From Eledone cirrhosa (taxonomy: Eukaryota): 64,000 nt of DNA. The stretch is from positions 86,118,001 to 86,182,000 of the forward strand of contig OZ024741.1 of the NCBI GenBank assembly GCA_964016885.1, read 5' to 3'. The notes under the pieces were generated by a model, which made no database searches, was not told the DNA's origin, and saw nothing but the letters and a program-made list of their open reading frames with translations. Shown here one piece after another: positions 49,136 through 55,498 of the stretch. The number at the start of each line of letters is the position of its first letter. Positions within the stretch are counted from its first letter, which is position 1. Made by a program: the position numbers and the translations under genes.

Positions 49136-51976
49136 CTCTTTTACCTGTTCCAGCCATCCGGCTGAAGCCATGCTGGGGCACCGCCCTTGAAAAATATCAA
49201 TGGGGCTCATCCGGGATATATATAATATAAGATACAGAGCTTAGCGTTGTTTTGAAAATATATATATATATATTATCCCTGCTCATAAGAGGCAACTAAA
49301 AGGGTTGCTGTCACAAATGACATACATATGTCAAACATTGCTTCAAAGTCTTGTCCAACCCATGAGAGCATGGGAAATTGATGTAAAAACAGTAATGAAA
49401 ATAAATATAATACGATAGGCAGCTCTTATCATTGAAACACCTGAGAGGCCTTTTAGATGCAACCTCATAAGAGACCAGCTAAATTTACATATGTGTGAAC
49501 TGTAAATTTCATTTTACATTTAAATTTTGATTATTTTATTTATTTCATGTTTTTCTATTTTCAGATGGCTCCAACTGTTGTTTTGACTACAGTAGCATCC
49601 AATAATCCTGCCATGCCTTCCATGCCACCCCCAGGTTTGGTACAGCTGCCACAGACTCTTCAGAACACCTTGAGCAATTCCATTCTTGCCACAGGTGGCA
49701 TATCAGTTCCTCCTAGACCACCACCACCGAATTTTGCAGCACAGCTTCGACAGCAGCACAGGCCATTCCCACCTCAACCATTTCCTGGAGGTCCAGCATT
49801 CCGCTTGCAAGTGCCAGCTCCCACACCAGAGGGCGCTAGGACTATTGCAAATGTTAGGCCTCCTATTGACACAAGTTCTTCTTTGCCTGTTCATGATTCG
49901 AAAGATAACATTAGTGAGACTAGTCAGCAGGAGGATTGGCTGAAGAGAAACGCAGAAACAGCCAGTGATGACCAGGAAACCGAGACCAAACACGACGGTG
50001 CTGGGCCCCAACAAGTTGAACCAACATCAGAAATGTTACAAACAGCTGCAGGACCAATGCCGACAATATCAGCAGCATTACAGCAAATGCTAGCCCAGCA
50101 TCCCCCTCCCAATCCTGCTGTTGGAATGCGACCCCCTCTGCCACCTGGTATGGGTCCAAGGCCTGGCATCAATGGACCACCTACGGAACTTCGTCTTGGC
50201 GGGCCTAATGGACCTCTTCTAACAGGCCCACCTAACCGTGCCACTGCTATAGGTTTACCAGGTATGCCTGCTGGCATTGCTATTGGTCCTCGTACAATAA
50301 GTGTAGATGGCCCTCCACCGGGTTTTCCAGCTGGCCGGATGGGCTTACCTGGGGGACCAAGGTTTACTCCACGATTTCCTCCAGTATTTCCAGGAGGTCC
50401 ACCACCGAGATTCCAAGGTCCCATGGGAACAATGCTACGACCACCACGTCCTGATGCTGATGGCAGGTTTCCTGCTAATACATTTACCAATAATGGTACA
50501 TTTGACCGGGCTAGTTTTGAACGGGCCATACGTCCATTTGGGCCCATTGGACCAAGACCTGACCGGCCAGCTAATGAGAGGTGGATGGGGAGAGACAGAT
50601 GGGCACCCAGAGATACTGGTCCAGGGATGCGGTTCCGAAGAGATTTTGACCAGAGAGATGAGTTCTTTGATCGATCTCGCTATGTTCTCGATAATAGAGA
50701 TCCTGATCGTAATGCAGGAGGGAGACGAATGTCCAGGTTTGATGGGGAGGAAGAACACGAAGGTGAGCGTCCTCCTCACCACTACGAGGACGATCGCTCC
50801 CTACATGAAGACGAACACACACGTCATGGCGATGATAGGGATCGTTTGAGGCGAGATGACGAGAGGGATCGGTTACGACATATGGATGAACGGGACCGAC
50901 TCCGGCGCGGTGATGAAAGGGACCGGTCTCGACACGAAGACGACAGGAATAGGTTGCGTTACGAAGTTCGAGATCGATTTAGGTTTGGTGACAATGGAAG
51001 AGAAGGTCCTGAGGGAATGAGACCCAGAAACCGTGAAGATCGTCCCCGGAAGTCCAGATGGAGTGATGCTGATGATAAAGCAGTAGAGACTCCCCCCATG
51101 GAAGCTCCTTCATTAGAAACTATCAAGGCATTTGAGCCAATTCCTGAAAATGTTAGTTCCCTGCCAGAAACTGAGAATACTGAGGTGCCAGTTGCCATGG
51201 ACATCTCCGATGCCCCTGGTGACGTGACCCCAACCTGCGAAGAATTAGGGGATGCAGGAAACAGCAGCCAACAGGAGGACTACACTGCAGGCGAGGAATT
51301 TTCAGCCACCCCTGTTGCGAATTTCATACCTTCTGAAGAATTCACTCTATCAGATAAGTACAATCCAGCTGAAGAACAGCCAGCCATGTCTGGCTCTCCA
51401 TCTGAAGATGCCCCAGTTGACAACTTCATCCCAGCTGGTAGCTGTCCCCCCCCAGTGAACTTTACCCCAATGAATTCTGTTGCACCCATGGAAAATTTTG
51501 CACCCCCAGAGAACTTCTCAATTCCACCAGGGGAGGATGAGGATAATATTAATAATAATTACTTTAATAATGATAATAATAATAATGGTAACAATGATCT
51601 TAGCAATGATAATGATAGTAATAACAACATTACTACACCATGTGAAAATGAACCCCCTATCTTTGCCCGAAGCCCTCCTCCACATGTTGCCGCTCCAGAA
51701 GAGTTCTCTTCCTCAACGGAAAATTTTATCCCTGCTGAAACAGAAGAGGAGCACTTTGCTCCTATGAAGAACTGCTCCCCCCAGGTAGAGGAGGAAGGGG
51801 ATCCAATGAATGTTTCCGATGAGTTCCCTCCAATGGAGGCAGATGTGGGGACTCAGGTTGAGAATGGGGCTTCGGAAGTGACGACGAAGGCAGTGGAACC
51901 TATATATCCTGTGGGTGAAGGGGAATCACCATCACAGATTGATGAACAGACAACACCTTGTGAGGAAGATGAATGA
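4169..51976 (+). CDS. SCAF8: SCAF4/SCAF8-family gene (CID + RS + RRM), 17 coding exons, ~1598 aa; span of the spliced CDS
   Basis: Exons join in frame: 4169-4198, 19137-19265, 23494-23655, 24957-25074, 29449-29648, 30918-31145, 32500-32576, 33395-33563, 35153-35454, 36458-36589, 37400-37485, 38259-38359, 44007-44114, 45379-45544, 46395-46565, 48149-48354, 49565-51976. Total 4797 nt, divisible by 3, all introns GT-AG. The N-terminus MEAVRAFNNELSGLYEAKPPVSRAKM...KVPGLYVIDSIVRQSRHQFG is the SCAF4/8 CID. It cannot be assigned to one vertebrate paralog. Confidence 0.95.
4856..6148. repeat. Cluster of inverted repeats (MITE/foldback remnants) at the start of intron 1
   Basis: ACTTCCGGTAATTTCCGTGA-TGAAA at 4856-4881 (+), 5391-5422 (-) and 5982-6014 (+); inner IR 4999-5031/5151-5184; IR ~5845-5882/6108-6145. 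Confidence 0.7.
6860..7055. mobile_element. Degenerate pogo/Tigger-like MITE
   Basis: Inverted ATATGTCGCACC (6888-6899) and GGTGCGACTTAT (7032-7043), a subterminal motif typical of pogo-type MITEs. Confidence 0.4.
10530..10700 (+). mobile_element. CORE-type tRNA SINE (family B)
   Basis: GTGTCCTTGAGCAAGACACTTCATTTCAC core. Similar copies near 9010, 13365, 17178, 18850, 20580, 23160, 34115, 37125, 44750, 58155 and 60898. Confidence 0.75.
11765..12400 (+). mobile_element. RTE-clade (Expander/Rex3-like) LINE, internally deleted RT and 3' end
   Basis: CGFRPERNAAGQIFTLRQV...CFVDLKKAYNCIPR..L.KVLQEYGIDG; homologous to 27490-28650. Confidence 0.85.
12670..12945 (+). mobile_element. Penelope-like element fragment (RT thumb/linker), decayed
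   Basis: Broken translation TDMYF*PTGS*KYLLFTSSH..NIP...LEEMKKILKRKYPQNLINNSI resembles the PLE motif TDxYxKPTxSxxYLxFxSxHP...NIP...YPxxLI. Confidence 0.6.
14500..15388 (-). mobile_element. RTE LINE 3' ~0.9 kb (PHD-bearing subfamily), 5'-truncated
   Basis: MLHGSETW, LREKLGIRGI and RGRPRKTW motifs; FRYLG upstream; (GAT)n-type tail. Confidence 0.9.
15724..16092 (-). mobile_element. Young CORE-SINE with RTE-derived tail
   Basis: tRNA head, CORE GTTTCCTTGAGCAAGACAC, GGTTGGTGTTAGGAAGGGCATCCAGC and (GAT)n tail; near-identical to 26190-26522. Confidence 0.88.
16150..16865 (-). mobile_element. RTE (BovB-like) LINE 3' fragment
   Basis: DPKISRRVGRATSTFTRL..., TKIAVYK, LRWLGHVHR, IPKDLLYGEL. Confidence 0.88.
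18025..18530 (+). mobile_element. RTE LINE 3' fragment with internal deletions
   Basis: KGLRVNLAKTKV, CSMCRKRVGINSTWCT, ELREKLDLRGI, GRPRKTWEEVVRADL. Confidence 0.82.
19137..19265 (+). CDS. SCAF8: SCAF4/8 exon 2 (CID)
   Basis: tttcag|LSGLYEAKPPVSRAKMAQLTKCAIKAIKFYKHVVQSVEKFIQK|gtaag; 129 nt. Confidence 0.96.
20215..20570 (-). mobile_element. CORE-SINE long variant (second copy at 22115-22340)
   Basis: Reverse CORE AAGTGTCTTGCTCAAGGACAC plus a ~200 nt body shared with 22115-22340. Confidence 0.75.
22115..22340 (-). mobile_element. CORE-SINE long variant, truncated
   Basis: Colinear with 20240-20475 (GGCAAGGTT..GTGGAA..CCAGCAG, TGTCCAAGGGAAAGG, CAACTCATTTCTACAGCT). Confidence 0.75.
23494..23655 (+). 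CDS. SCAF8: SCAF4/8 exon 3 (CID, DSI motif)
   Basis: tttcag|CKSEYKVPGLYVIDSIVRQSRHQFGAEKDVFAPRF...CPPDEK|gtatg; 162 nt. Confidence 0.96.
24150..24540 (+). mobile_element. Old RTE-like LINE 3' fragment
   Basis: Purine-rich; RRLQRTKMK, MRWFGYVLKK and VEGR-K remnants. Confidence 0.55.
24957..25074 (+). CDS. SCAF8: SCAF4/8 exon 4 (end of CID)
   Basis: tctcag|SKVVRVLNLWQKNAVFPVEVIQPLLDLAG...IAS-G|gtagc; 118 nt, phase 1. Confidence 0.93.
25487..25604. mobile_element. Tigger/pogo-like MITE inserted in (TA)n
   Basis: Right end TTCGTTATAACAGAATTTCACTG-TA; partial left end ATTCCGTTATAATGAA; flanked by TA repeats. Confidence 0.55.
25795..26745 (-). mobile_element. Inverted 5' (APE endonuclease) segment of an Expander/Rex3-like RTE LINE, split by a SINE
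   Basis: Minus strand reads KLHYSGV..GVGILT..VQVYAPN (26525-26745), then DFNAHLG..TWKGV.GRHG.PDLN.NG..LVDFC..ELSTDHHLV (25800-26150). Confidence 0.85.
26150..26522 (+). mobile_element. Young CORE-SINE with RTE-derived tail and tandemly duplicated head
   Basis: 39 bp head duplication (26143-26181/26182-26220), B-box GAGTTCAATTCTC, CORE, (GAT)n tail; AACAC on both sides is a possible TSD. Confidence 0.88.
26747..28660 (+). mobile_element. Expander/Rex3-like RTE LINE, linker + RT + 3' end, frameshifted
   Basis: DIETEWRLF, RRTPWFNQEVKDAI, LWKVLQEYGIDG, VGVGLCQGCILSP, FKYLG, PTLTYGHES. Confidence 0.92.
29449..29648 (+). CDS. SCAF8: SCAF4/8 exon 5
   Basis: gttcag|CT CAG CGA... AQRAVDGLVAVSQK...LLQQTQK|gttagc; phase 1 to 0 fits its neighbours. 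Confidence 0.85.
30396..30603. mobile_element. piggyBac-derived MITE (other copies ~33085-33266 and 38403-38587)
   Basis: TTAA|CCCTTTAGCAT start with a degenerate AATACTAAAGAG|CTAA end; three colinear copies; the 33 kb copy ends GGG|TTAA. Confidence 0.7.
30918..31145 (+). CDS. SCAF8: SCAF4/8 exon 6 (Q-rich)
   Basis: NAGNAG acceptor tagcag; QPTSLSAQQQQLQQLQLL...LLSQIQTLTNQLL...PEPGFNK|gtcgct (weak donor). Confidence 0.85.
31270..31590 (+). repeat. Minisatellite, ~26 bp period built from ~11 and ~15 bp subunits
   Basis: Repeated ATCCATCATCTT(G/T)CGGTCATCTTTC(A/G); accounts for the spurious ORFs at 31328-31800. Confidence 0.85.
32500..32576 (+). CDS. SCAF8: SCAF4/8 exon 7
   Basis: ctttag|KLLDFDYGESDDEEDK...GIP-GG|gtaag; FNK-KLLDFDYG resembles the conserved FD(F/Y)G acidic motif of the family; absent from the ORF track. 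Confidence 0.87.
33395..33563 (+). CDS. SCAF8: SCAF4/8 exon 8
   Basis: ccccag|A NVQTILNDPTIMQQI...EFNQQISQ|gtgagt; phase 2 to 0. Confidence 0.87.
35153..35454 (+). CDS. SCAF8: SCAF4/8 exon 9 (P-rich, start of RS region)
   Basis: tttcag|EPPPQIQHH...SRNRDRSRS-AG|gtttgt; 302 nt, phase 2. Confidence 0.88.
36458..36589 (+). CDS. SCAF8: SCAF4/8 exon 10 (RS/RD region)
   Basis: tattag|A SPRRKKRSRSRSRERRRRSRSRDRDRDRDRSDRERDRDRRKRS-AG|gtaatt. Confidence 0.92.
37400..37485 (+). CDS. SCAF8: SCAF4/8 exon 11
   Basis: atttag|A SRERERQREKERERRRKGLPSIKERYLS-G|gtaagt; KGLP motif preceding the RRM. Confidence 0.92.
37620..37987 (+). mobile_element. Tandem pair of family A SINEs
   Basis: 37620-37790 is near-identical to 925-1090; 37793-37987 is a longer subfamily. 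Confidence 0.85.
38259..38359 (+). CDS. SCAF8: SCAF4/8 exon 12 (RRM part 1)
   Basis: tttcag|(V)CTRTIWLGHIAKVTSEDELRQEIEKYGAVESIN|gtaagt; RNP2-like TIWLG. Confidence 0.94.
39320..40711 (+). mobile_element. CR1/L2-group LINE ORF2, 5' part (EN end + RT)
   Basis: LDLLFT, PLGDSDH, SPGLDG, PLFKKGDR..PVNYRPISLTS, DVVYLDFAKAF, SGVPQGSVLGPLFFVAY; several stops. Confidence 0.92.
40712..41963 (+). mobile_element. RTE LINE (PHD-bearing) 3' 1.25 kb inserted in the CR1-like RT
   Basis: GLKINLSKTKV, FRYLGD, MLHGSETW, GRPRKTW; 3' UTR ends ACGTTAAACAATGATGATGATG. Confidence 0.92.
41964..42930 (+). mobile_element. CR1/L2-group LINE, 3' part
   Basis: Resumes exactly with INDID..LKYADDIKLY, then ERDLGI, VRPHLEF, QRRATK, TRGH, FFTLRVAEAW; (ATT)n tail. 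Confidence 0.92.
42935..43141 (+). mobile_element. Family A SINE, full length, inserted at the LINE (ATT)n tail
   Basis: Colinear with 901-1085; ends in (ATT)n. Confidence 0.88.
43724..43944. mobile_element. AT-rich TTAA-targeting MITE family (copies also near 19300-19525, 22680-23010, 29840-30030, 32730-32900, 45016-45210, 47655-47800)
   Basis: TTAA|CC(C)TTTT...GGTATCAAAA(A/G)GG|TTAA termini with shared internal motifs. Confidence 0.6.
44007..44114 (+). CDS. SCAF8: SCAF4/8 exon 13 (RRM part 2)
   Basis: ttccag|MIPPRGCAFVCMARRKDAPKAVEKLKGVKIHSNQLK|gtaagt; RNP1 RGCAFV. Confidence 0.95.
45379..45544 (+). CDS. SCAF8: SCAF4/8 exon 14 (RRM end and extension)
   Basis: ctttag|VAWAPGIGVKDAEYKDLWDTDLGVTYIPWEKL...EGGMIDEDTIPEHLK-G|gtaagt; GVTYIPW family motif. 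Confidence 0.95.
45565..45985 (+). mobile_element. Cluster of family A SINEs
   Basis: Two cores (CATCCTTCCGAGGTCAAT; CATCCTTACGGGGTCGATAAAATAAAGTACC). Confidence 0.8.
46395..46565 (+). CDS. SCAF8: SCAF4/8 exon 15
   Basis: ttgcag|CT GLQLEKTEP...QGQPMP-A|gtaagt; 171 nt, symmetric phase 1-1. Confidence 0.82.
48149..48354 (+). CDS. SCAF8: SCAF4/8 exon 16 (P/M-rich)
   Basis: tttcag|GA MLMQIPPPTGMMPPMMMP...SISLPT|gtaact; phase 1 to 0. Confidence 0.87.
48540..48820. repeat. ~280 bp imperfect palindrome (foldback/MITE-like)
   Basis: GTGTGACATCATC..ATGTGAAGGAGTTGA..CTGCAGG..CTTCCA / TGGAAG..CCTGCAG..TCAACTCCTTCACAT..GATGATGTCACAC; outer arms also pair. Confidence 0.9.
48853..48913. repeat. (TA)n microsatellite (others at 25435-25486, 29288-29339, 52389-52433, 53152-53222)
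   Basis: Visible dinucleotide runs. Confidence 0.95.
49565..51976 (+). CDS. SCAF8: SCAF4/8 exon 17 (terminal coding exon: P/G-rich, RD-rich, acidic tail)
   Basis: tttcag|MAPTVVL... open for 803 codons to TGA; GC content is higher than the flanks. Confidence 0.92.
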   Translation: MAPTVVLTTVASNNPAMPSMPPPGLVQLPQTLQNTLSNSILATGGISVPPRPPPPNFAAQLRQQHRPFPPQPFPGGPAFRLQVPAPTPEGARTIANVRPPIDTSSSLPVHDSKDNISETSQQEDWLKRNAETASDDQETETKHDGAGPQQVEPTSEMLQTAAGPMPTISAALQQMLAQHPPPNPAVGMRPPLPPGMGPRPGINGPPTELRLGGPNGPLLTGPPNRATAIGLPGMPAGIAIGPRTISVDGPPPGFPAGRMGLPGGPRFTPRFPPVFPGGPPPRFQGPMGTMLRPPRPDADGRFPANTFTNNGTFDRASFERAIRPFGPIGPRPDRPANERWMGRDRWAPRDTGPGMRFRRDFDQRDEFFDRSRYVLDNRDPDRNAGGRRMSRFDGEEEHEGERPPHHYEDDRSLHEDEHTRHGDDRDRLRRDDERDRLRHMDERDRLRRGDERDRSRHEDDRNRLRYEVRDRFRFGDNGREGPEGMRPRNREDRPRKSRWSDADDKAVETPPMEAPSLETIKAFEPIPENVSSLPETENTEVPVAMDISDAPGDVTPTCEELGDAGNSSQQEDYTAGEEFSATPVANFIPSEEFTLSDKYNPAEEQPAMSGSPSEDAPVDNFIPAGSCPPPVNFTPMNSVAPMENFAPPENFSIPPGEDEDNINNNYFNNDNNNNGNNDLSNDNDSNNNITTPCENEPPIFARSPPPHVAAPEEFSSSTENFIPAETEEEHFAPMKNCSPQVEEEGDPMNVSDEFPPMEADVGTQVENGASEVTTKAVEPIYPVGEGESPSQIDEQTTPCEEDE

Positions 51977-52008
51977 TTTCCATAATAATAATAATAGCAA
52001 AAATAATT

Positions 52009-52073
<65 letters not shown>

Positions 52074-52384
52074 TATCATCATCACTAGTACAATACGTAT
52101 AATTTCTACTACCACTACTACTATTGCACTGGGAGTTTTTCTCATCTTAACTCTCTTTCTATATATCTATCTCTCTCTCTCTTTCTTTCCTCTCCTTCTC
52201 TCTCTCCTCAACGGTCTCTTGAACATTATAATCAGTGTGTTTGTGTCTGCAAGTATTCTATGTGCACACTTTTATATGTGTGTATATAAATGTATACACA
52301 TACAAGGTCTCAAATGTCATCTATTTTGAATAGCAATGAATACACCAAAATAGTGACTTTTGATACACCCTGTATATATGTATG

Positions 52385-52433
<49 letters not shown>

Positions 52434-53139
52434 GTGTGTGTGTGTGTGTGTCATATATATGTCTATGTGTACACATTGCACATAGATGTATGCAGACATG
52501 CACAAGTAAAGTGGCACACCAATGCACAACCATATGATCTTGATAATAGGTTGTAGGTATTCATCCTCTTTTAGAAAATTAATTTATTAAAAAATATAAT
52601 ACTGTAGATTTTTTAGAAAGGTGAGCAAGTGGGTTGGTGGGATGGGTGAAGATATAAAAAGAAAATGAACAAGAAGCATCTAACTGTTCATAATTTCATA
52701 ATGCCTCCTCCAAAAAGATATATATATATATGAGTGTGTGTGTGTAGGTATGTATGTATACATATATATAATAATTCAAAGGTGAGGGCAATGTCAATTA
52801 GTGAATCAGACTTAAAACTTAACCCACCTTTATTTCTTTCCTCTTATGAAATTTTTTTTTCTTAAGATATCATTTTTTTTAAATATATATATATATATAT
52901 ACACACATATATATTTGCTATCATAGGTGTGGCTTCGAGAGAATGTTTACCATATACAACAAAAAAAAAATGGGGGAATAACATTTCCCTCCCTAAAATT
53001 TACATAAGATATTACCCTGTCCCCTGCTTTCAAACTGCACATTTTCCAAAACAAGAAAATTCCACAGATGAAGAAATTAAACAATATAGTAAAACAAAAT
53101 TTTAAAAAATTAAACAAGGCAAATAAAAATGGAAGGGTA

Positions 53140-53212
<73 letters not shown>

Positions 53213-54920
53213 ATATATATAGAGAGAGAGAGAGAATTTTTTTCAGGCTTTGCAATCATTTTTGCAGAAAAAAAAACATAAGTGACATACAATATACTTC
53301 TTTTTGATAAGACAGAATAGGTTTGCATATATAAGCCATGATGTAAATTATTTTCGTTTTCCAGTCAAATGATTATGATTATATTTTGTTAGTACCTTTC
53401 ACACATGCATGCACATAATCATACATTTGCATATCCCATCACAGAATGTCATAACTAGTATATACATATTTTACACAAACGTACTTATTATAATTGTGTG
53501 TGTGTCTAAGTGTATTTGTCTCTGAATGTATGCTTGTATATGTAAGTACTTATGTACTTACATATACATGCCTGTATGTGTGTATAGTCACATTTTGCCA
53601 GCTTTATATTGCAACAGTTTAGTTTTAAATAAAGAATATATATATAATTTTGTACAACCATGTGGAGTGCTCTCATGCAGGCTTTCACATGTATTGGCTG
53701 GTGATTAATAGACTGTTTAAGAGTTATCATCTGTAGATGCTGGTTGCTTTATTTAATTTTCTCTTTTTATTATTCTTTCATCCCTGTTTGCCTTATTTCC
53801 TGTTAAATATTCAACATGCACCGCACCCCTATTTTCTGGAAAGAAAAAAAAATCTTTTTAAAAAAAACCTTTCTTTAAAATCCTAATATGTGAGCGTTAG
53901 GGGTTAAAAAAAAAGAATACAAATAAAAATGAAGTTTGAGAGAAAAGGTATTGGAACACTATCCTCTCCACCCCTCTTTTTCATACAGTTCTTTCCATTA
54001 CTGTTCTTCTCATCTCACTATCTCTTGTCCCATCCCATCCCATTGTAGACTTCTTAATCAGTTTGTTCTTTCATTTACTTCTGCTTCGTCTTCAAAATTT
54101 AATTTTTAAAATGGAAAAAAATGTTTTAAAAAAAAATAAAAATTTGAAAATACACACACATACACATATGTGTATATATATATATATATATAACAAAATA
54201 TTTAAAAAAAAGGTAGGTAAAAACTAGTTAAATGTCAAGCTGTCTCTGATTCTCAACTCTTGTGGAGCAATTGGTGGACAATCAAGAACACGGCGCCTTG
54301 GACTCTGGACATAATGTGCTGGTGTTCAATTGGACACCTGCACCAGGTATGTGTTCCCTACTTGATTGTACGTGTGGTAGATGCTAATGAACGGCTCGCC
54401 TGTCACTAAAACTGACTTGAGGGAGTTGTTGGCTCGTCTTGAAAAGACTGCACCGGTTTACGCACCCCTCCTCCTCCTCTCAGGCCTCACAAGTGGCGCA
54501 GCATGTTGAAGAAGACAGAAAAAAAATTGAAAAAAAAAAAAAAAGAATGGGAGAGAGGAAATGAGAAAAAAAAATCTATATTATATATGAAGACAATTGA
54601 AGTTGTTGATTATTAATGGTAATGATGAGATGGTTGACCCCTTAAAAAGGCCATCTGCCACTTTTTGCAATGTTTGAAGTAAACTTGTGGTCAAATAACC
54701 ACTTTTATGTATGTGGTAGTTTGGTCTTTGTTATTAAACCAGTCTCGTATTCTAGCTGATTGAGTTTTATCTGCTGCTATGTGGTTGATTGCTATTTGTG
54801 TGTGAAATGAAAGCAAGAAAATGAAATATAGAAGGAAAGGAAAAAATATATATACTTTTTAAAATGATTTGAAAAAAAGATTGATATTAAATGTAAAAAA
54901 AAAAAATCCAGCTCTATTTG
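51977..54920 (+). other. Putative long 3' UTR
   Basis: About 3 kb with no recognisable SINE or LINE, unlike the introns. AATAAA at 53628 and 53922; ATTAAA at 54886 followed by T/GT-rich sequence, after which SINE debris resumes. Confidence 0.55.
51983..52084 (+). repeat. (AAT)n/(CAT)n microsatellite directly after the stop codon
   Basis: Visible trinucleotide run. Confidence 0.95.
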
Positions 54921-55004
54921 ACTGCTTTCTGTGTTGCATGTTTTAAGAAATGTTTGCGTTCTTTCCTCTCTCTTGTCTTTTACATGTCTTTCTTTCAGAT
55001 GTCA

Positions 55005-55464
55005 GCAAATTGGCAGGGTTGTAGTGGTGGATTAAATACCTCTTAGTTCTGGCTCTGAATTCCAATCCTGCAAAGGTCAACTTTGCTTTTCATCCTTTCA
55101 GGGATCAATAAAGGGGATGGTGGATTGGCAGAATTGTTAAAGAGTCGGGCAGGGTGCTTTATGGCAACTGATATGGCTCAGCATTCTCAGTTCAAATGCT
55201 GCCTCCTACCAGGAGTTGTGACCGGCAGATAGTATATCAGCAATGGAAACATTGTTTCCTTGATTTCATCTGATGATCAGCTCCTTTCTGTTCTTTTATT
55301 TATTTATTTTTTCATTGTGCATTTTATATTTTTCGATATTTTGATTAGAATTTCCTTCTCAAAGATGAGATGGTGAGTAACAAAAAAAAAGTGATTACAG
55401 GGTAGGGTAGCTGTGGTGTTGTATGATGTGTTGAATTATTTTTCAGCTTGCTTGAGTTTGCAGG

Positions 55465-55498
<34 letters not shown>

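Noticed and set aside
49686-51767. Alternative-frame and antisense ORFs over exon 17 (e.g. 49924-50547 minus, 207 aa; 50307-50849 plus)
   Set aside because: Shadows of a GC-rich Pro/Gly/Arg coding exon with no recognisable domains
51900-53328. Poly-Ile, poly-Met and YIYI ORFs
   Set aside because: Translations of (CAT)n and (TA)n microsatellites
54386-54435. SECIS-like hairpin (ATGA..stem..AAAA..) in the 3' UTR of a gene ending in TGA
   Set aside because: The 3' side has TGGC rather than NGAN, the ATGA-to-AA spacing is ~17 nt rather than 11-13, and read-through of the TGA meets TAA three codons later
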